This document shows positions 61,311 to 64,000 of a stretch of 64,000 nucleotides of DNA, piece after piece. Every line of letters begins with the position of its first letter. Position 1 is the stretch's first letter. Source of the stretch: an uncultured cyanobacterium (GTDB lineage Bacteria > Cyanobacteriota > Cyanobacteriia > CAKZMO01); NCBI GenBank assembly GCA_963719515.1, contig CAVRCJ010000011.1, forward strand, positions 1 through 64,000. Reading direction: 5' to 3'. The position numbers and the translations under genes were made by a program. The notes below the pieces were generated by a model. That model was not told where the DNA came from. It made no database searches and was given only the letters and a program-made list of their open reading frames with translations.

Positions 61311-61532
61311 TTAAACCTCAAATAATGAGCGTGGTAGCTGTGATTGTCGGATAATCGATAGCAGCGTACCTGTTTTCAACTGCTTGTGATTGGGTACAGG
61401 GACTGTGATTGTAGTTTCATCCGTGCGTCTTTGCATGATGACATGGCTACCCCGCTGTCGAACTTGCAGAAATCCGTGCTTCTCCAATAGCTTGCAGACT
61501 TCTTTACCGGAGAAGGTTCTAAGCTTACCCAA
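61311..61532 (-). CDS. hicA: HicA family toxin
   Basis: SGKEVCKLLEKHGF..RQRGSH, VPVPNH..LKTGTL.SI. Confidence 0.9.
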   Translation of the reverse strand: MGKLRTFSGKEVCKLLEKHGFLQVRQRGSHVIMQRRTDETTITVPVPNHKQLKTGTLLSIIRQSQLPRSLFEV

Positions 61533-61752
61533 CAGCGACCTCCAAGCGGGTAATGAAGACCTCAGATTTTAGGCGAGCGGCAATTTCTGAAGGATCGGCA
61601 GCTTCGAAGAAGAGTTCGATCGCTTCAATTAAATTATTTCTGGCTTCTTCTACGGTGTCGCCTTGGCTAGCGATGTCTAGTTCAGGGCAGAGCGATACAT
61701 AGCCGTCATCTTCGCGTTCGATGAGTGCGGTGAATTGCTGTGTCTGTTTCAT
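61525..61752 (-). CDS. hicB: HicB family antitoxin (short form)
   Basis: IEREDDGYVSLCPELDIASQGDTVEEARNNLIEAIEL. Confidence 0.9.
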   Translation of the reverse strand: MKQTQQFTALIEREDDGYVSLCPELDIASQGDTVEEARNNLIEAIELFFEAADPSEIAARLKSEVFITRLEVAVG

Positions 61753-61798
61753 GGCTTACCTATATCGGGTTGAGGGCTGTCTTTTCGGTCGTTGAGGG

Positions 61799-62121
61799 CT
61801 AGTTGTTACCCTGCTTTCGCCTTATCTCTATTGCTGATTCTCTAATGGCTTCGGCAATTTCGCGAAAGGCTTCGTCTTGATTGTCCCCGGTGGTGATGGG
61901 CTGGTGGTTTTTGGGTAGGATGTCGAGCTGGCTGAAGGGTTCGCCGATGTAGTCTGTGGGGCGGAGGAGGATGGGGATGGTGTGGGCTTGGCCGGTTTTG
62001 TGGCGCTGGATGGCGGGTAGGATTTCTTGCTGGTAGCAGGTTTCGTCGGCTAGGGCGTCGGGGGTGATGAGGAGCAGGATGATGTCGGCGGTGTGGATCT
62101 GCTGGTGGATGGTCTGAGTGT
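61799..62121 (-). pseudogene. C-terminal part of a TIR_2 domain, no start codon
   Basis: manual translation TQTIHQQIHTADIILLLITPDALADETCYQQEILPAIQRHKTGQAHTIPILLRPTDY..PFSQL..LP. Confidence 0.75.
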
Positions 62122-62451
62122 TTATCTAGCGCGTGTTTTGAGGATTGTGAGCTGATCTGCTTTTGCCAACAGCTCGTCTAGCTCCGATAGCTGCTCAGAG
62201 GAGAGTGAAGATTCCGCGTTTCGGGTAATCTAGCTCATTTAAATGATTTTGTTCGGCTACTGCTAGCTTGCAGCTCGCTAAGGCTGTTAGTTCATCAATA
62301 CTCAGTCCAAATAAGCGATTTTCATCTGGCTCAGATCGCTGGGTAAGTCGAGAATAGGTGCTCCAATCGAGTACGACGCCTACGCGACTATCCTCCGGAT
62401 ACACTGCGTGAACACCATCCCGGTTGGTAATGTACTGAACTTGCTCAGGTA
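62122..62451 (-). pseudogene. degenerate antitoxin-like gene (start ATA, 24-nt insert, +1 shift near 62229)
   Basis: [12 protein letters not shown][insert]RVGVVLDW...GLSIDELTALA...LDELLAKADQLTILKTRAR. Confidence 0.6.
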
Positions 62452-62522
62452 TGGTAGGCCGTACGTACGGCAGGGTATCTTGCTATCGTAGCAAGCCGGA
62501 TAGAGAAATTGTGAGTGCTCCG

Positions 62523-62704
62523 GTGAGCTACAACCCGGTGTACGGGGAGCGGCTATTAAAGCGGGCCATTCAGCGGGAGCTGGAGACGGCGATCGCCATC
62601 TCCATTTTGCGGGGGATTTTTGTGAGGGGGACACCATCTTTGTGGAGGTGGAGAATGAGCGACTAGCGTTTGAGCGGCTTCCGGCTGAGGTGGCGACGGT
62701 GTAG
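62523..62704 (+). repeat. clpB 3'-end copy 3 (more diverged, 1-bp deletion)
   Basis: GTGAGCTACAACCCGGTGTAC...GAGGTGGCGACGGTGTAG; colinear with 59040-59222. Confidence 0.93.
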
Positions 62705-62995
62705 ATAGTTAAAAACCACACAAGACCTCAGTCAACGGCAAGACTATCTGTCTTCAATTTGGGCCAGTTATGTATACCCTTGAGTTAGAATCTCAAAGGT
62801 ATTTTTGTACTGACTTCCCGGAGAAGCCGCAGTTTAGTATATGACGAGAAATAAAATCGACAACTGGGGATTCCCGAATATTGAACTTGGGAAACCTCGC
62901 CATAGAATCAATGCTCTGGCTATTTCTAATTGCTAATATTGGCTTAAATGCTTTAATAGCAATTTAAGTTAAATTAGACAGTGAGGATATAGTAA

Positions 62996-64000
62996 GTGTT
63001 TTTATCCAATCGGCATCGCCGAGTTTTAGTCGCCAAACTGAACGTCAGAAATGAGGCAAATACGCCTTCTGATATACCAGCATACGCTTTTGATGACATT
63101 ACAAATATCATTAAAAGTGAAAGAGAAAGCAAATCTACGAAATTTTTATTCCAAGGGGATTCGAAGCAGATCAGAATTAAAGACATCAAAGAATTTAAAA
63201 ACGACAAAGAAATCTATATCTGCTTACTTCTAAGTCTTAGCGATAAAGACGCACCAAATGCGGTATACGAAGAATTTGATAGTGGAGAGGTTAGAAAGTT
63301 TTCAAAAGAAGAAAATGAGGGGAGTTCCACAACATCACATGTCTTAATTGGTCATTCATTAAATGATGCGAATTTATACTATTCAATCTTGATTGAAAAA
63401 GTTCCTATACTAACTACACCTGTTATCAATCGCTATCTAAATTCGCTTCTAAAGAACTCGTCCTTTCTAAAAACGTACAACAAAGAAAATGAGCGGAAAG
63501 CGTACCGTCCAATTTTTGAAATTTTAGGCCGTCAGTCAAATACTCTACGCCGAGCTTTAGAGTTTGGAACTGTTCAAGATATTGAGCTGGTTGCTCATAA
63601 GGAAATACGTCAGGGCTTTGACGAATACCCTTTCTTAAAGGAGCAAAGGGAAGAAATTAAGCTAATTGTACAGGAAAAAGTAAATCCTAGTTTTTTTGAG
63701 GATCTTATTAGAGAATTGAGGGGTAATCAAAGCTACTCAAGCTTTGAACATATGTTCGTACGCATTAAGGATGCTGAAGGAGATATAAGACAATCCGAGA
63801 TAGATCCAGATGTTGATTTCCTGGAGCGTACATTCATTCAGACTGAAATTTTGAGAGGCTTTGATCCTCCGCTTGAGCAAGCTCATTCTAGCATTCGGGA
63901 TGATGTTTTTTGTAAAATGATAAGCCTTATAGGTACACCTCCGAGAAAGGTAGCAGCCGAAAGTGAAAAGCCTAAAAAAGATGCTGGGGAAAATAGTAGC
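62996..64000 (+). CDS. AT-rich hypothetical protein of at least 335 aa, running off the right edge (absent from the ORF track)
   Basis: GAGGA RBS then GTG; manual translation MFLSNRHRRVLVAKL...LLLSLSDKDAPN...EGSSTTSHVLI...ILIEKVP... has no stop before 64000. Confidence 0.8.
   Translation, partial: MFLSNRHRRVLVAKLNVRNEANTPSDIPAYAFDDITNIIKSERESKSTKFLFQGDSKQIRIKDIKEFKNDKEIYICLLLSLSDKDAPNAVYEEFDSGEVRKFSKEENEGSSTTSHVLIGHSLNDANLYYSILIEKVPILTTPVINRYLNSLLKNSSFLKTYNKENERKAYRPIFEILGRQSNTLRRALEFGTVQDIELVAHKEIRQGFDEYPFLKEQREEIKLIVQEKVNPSFFEDLIRELRGNQSYSSFEHMFVRIKDAEGDIRQSEIDPDVDFLERTFIQTEILRGFDPPLEQAHSSIRDDVFCKMISLIGTPPRKVAAESEKPKKDAGENSS

Noticed and set aside
59995..62704. clpB tails as interchangeable C-terminal variants (Rhs/MafB-like)
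   Set aside because: The copies encode essentially the same peptide with decay, not alternative domains

Overview
Chromosomal window from a moderately GC-rich cyanobacterium, inferred from abundant HIP1 GCGATCGC octamers and the ccmP, curT and ycf35/ycf46-like genes. Most of it is housekeeping: groES-groEL with K-box and CIRCE, hemB-hemJ, aspA/fumC family, rsmE, tRNA-Asp, glgB, folK, cobQ, nadA and clpB. Four accessory zones stand out. (1) The left edge holds an IscB/IsrB-type omegaRNA (HEARO-like) 5' end. (2) A tnpB-only IS200/IS605 element lies at 17.7-19.0 kb. (3) A small-element hotspot at 30.8-35.8 kb includes a 124-bp MITE with a 5-bp TSD that splits a pentapeptide-repeat gene, nested MITEs, and two ORF-less IS605-derived elements. 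(4) At 59-64 kb the last ~183 bp of clpB occur three times with nearly the same 5' boundary; the copies separate small integrase-less cargo blocks (Uma2, HNH pair, HicAB, TIR fragment) and are followed by an AT-rich foreign ORF. This looks like a cassette array accreting at the clpB 3' end and is the best candidate for an undescribed system. An intact IS3 element lies at 52.6-53.9 kb. Five genes carry +1 frameshifts that may be sequencing errors. All family calls are by eye from motifs; no database searches were run.
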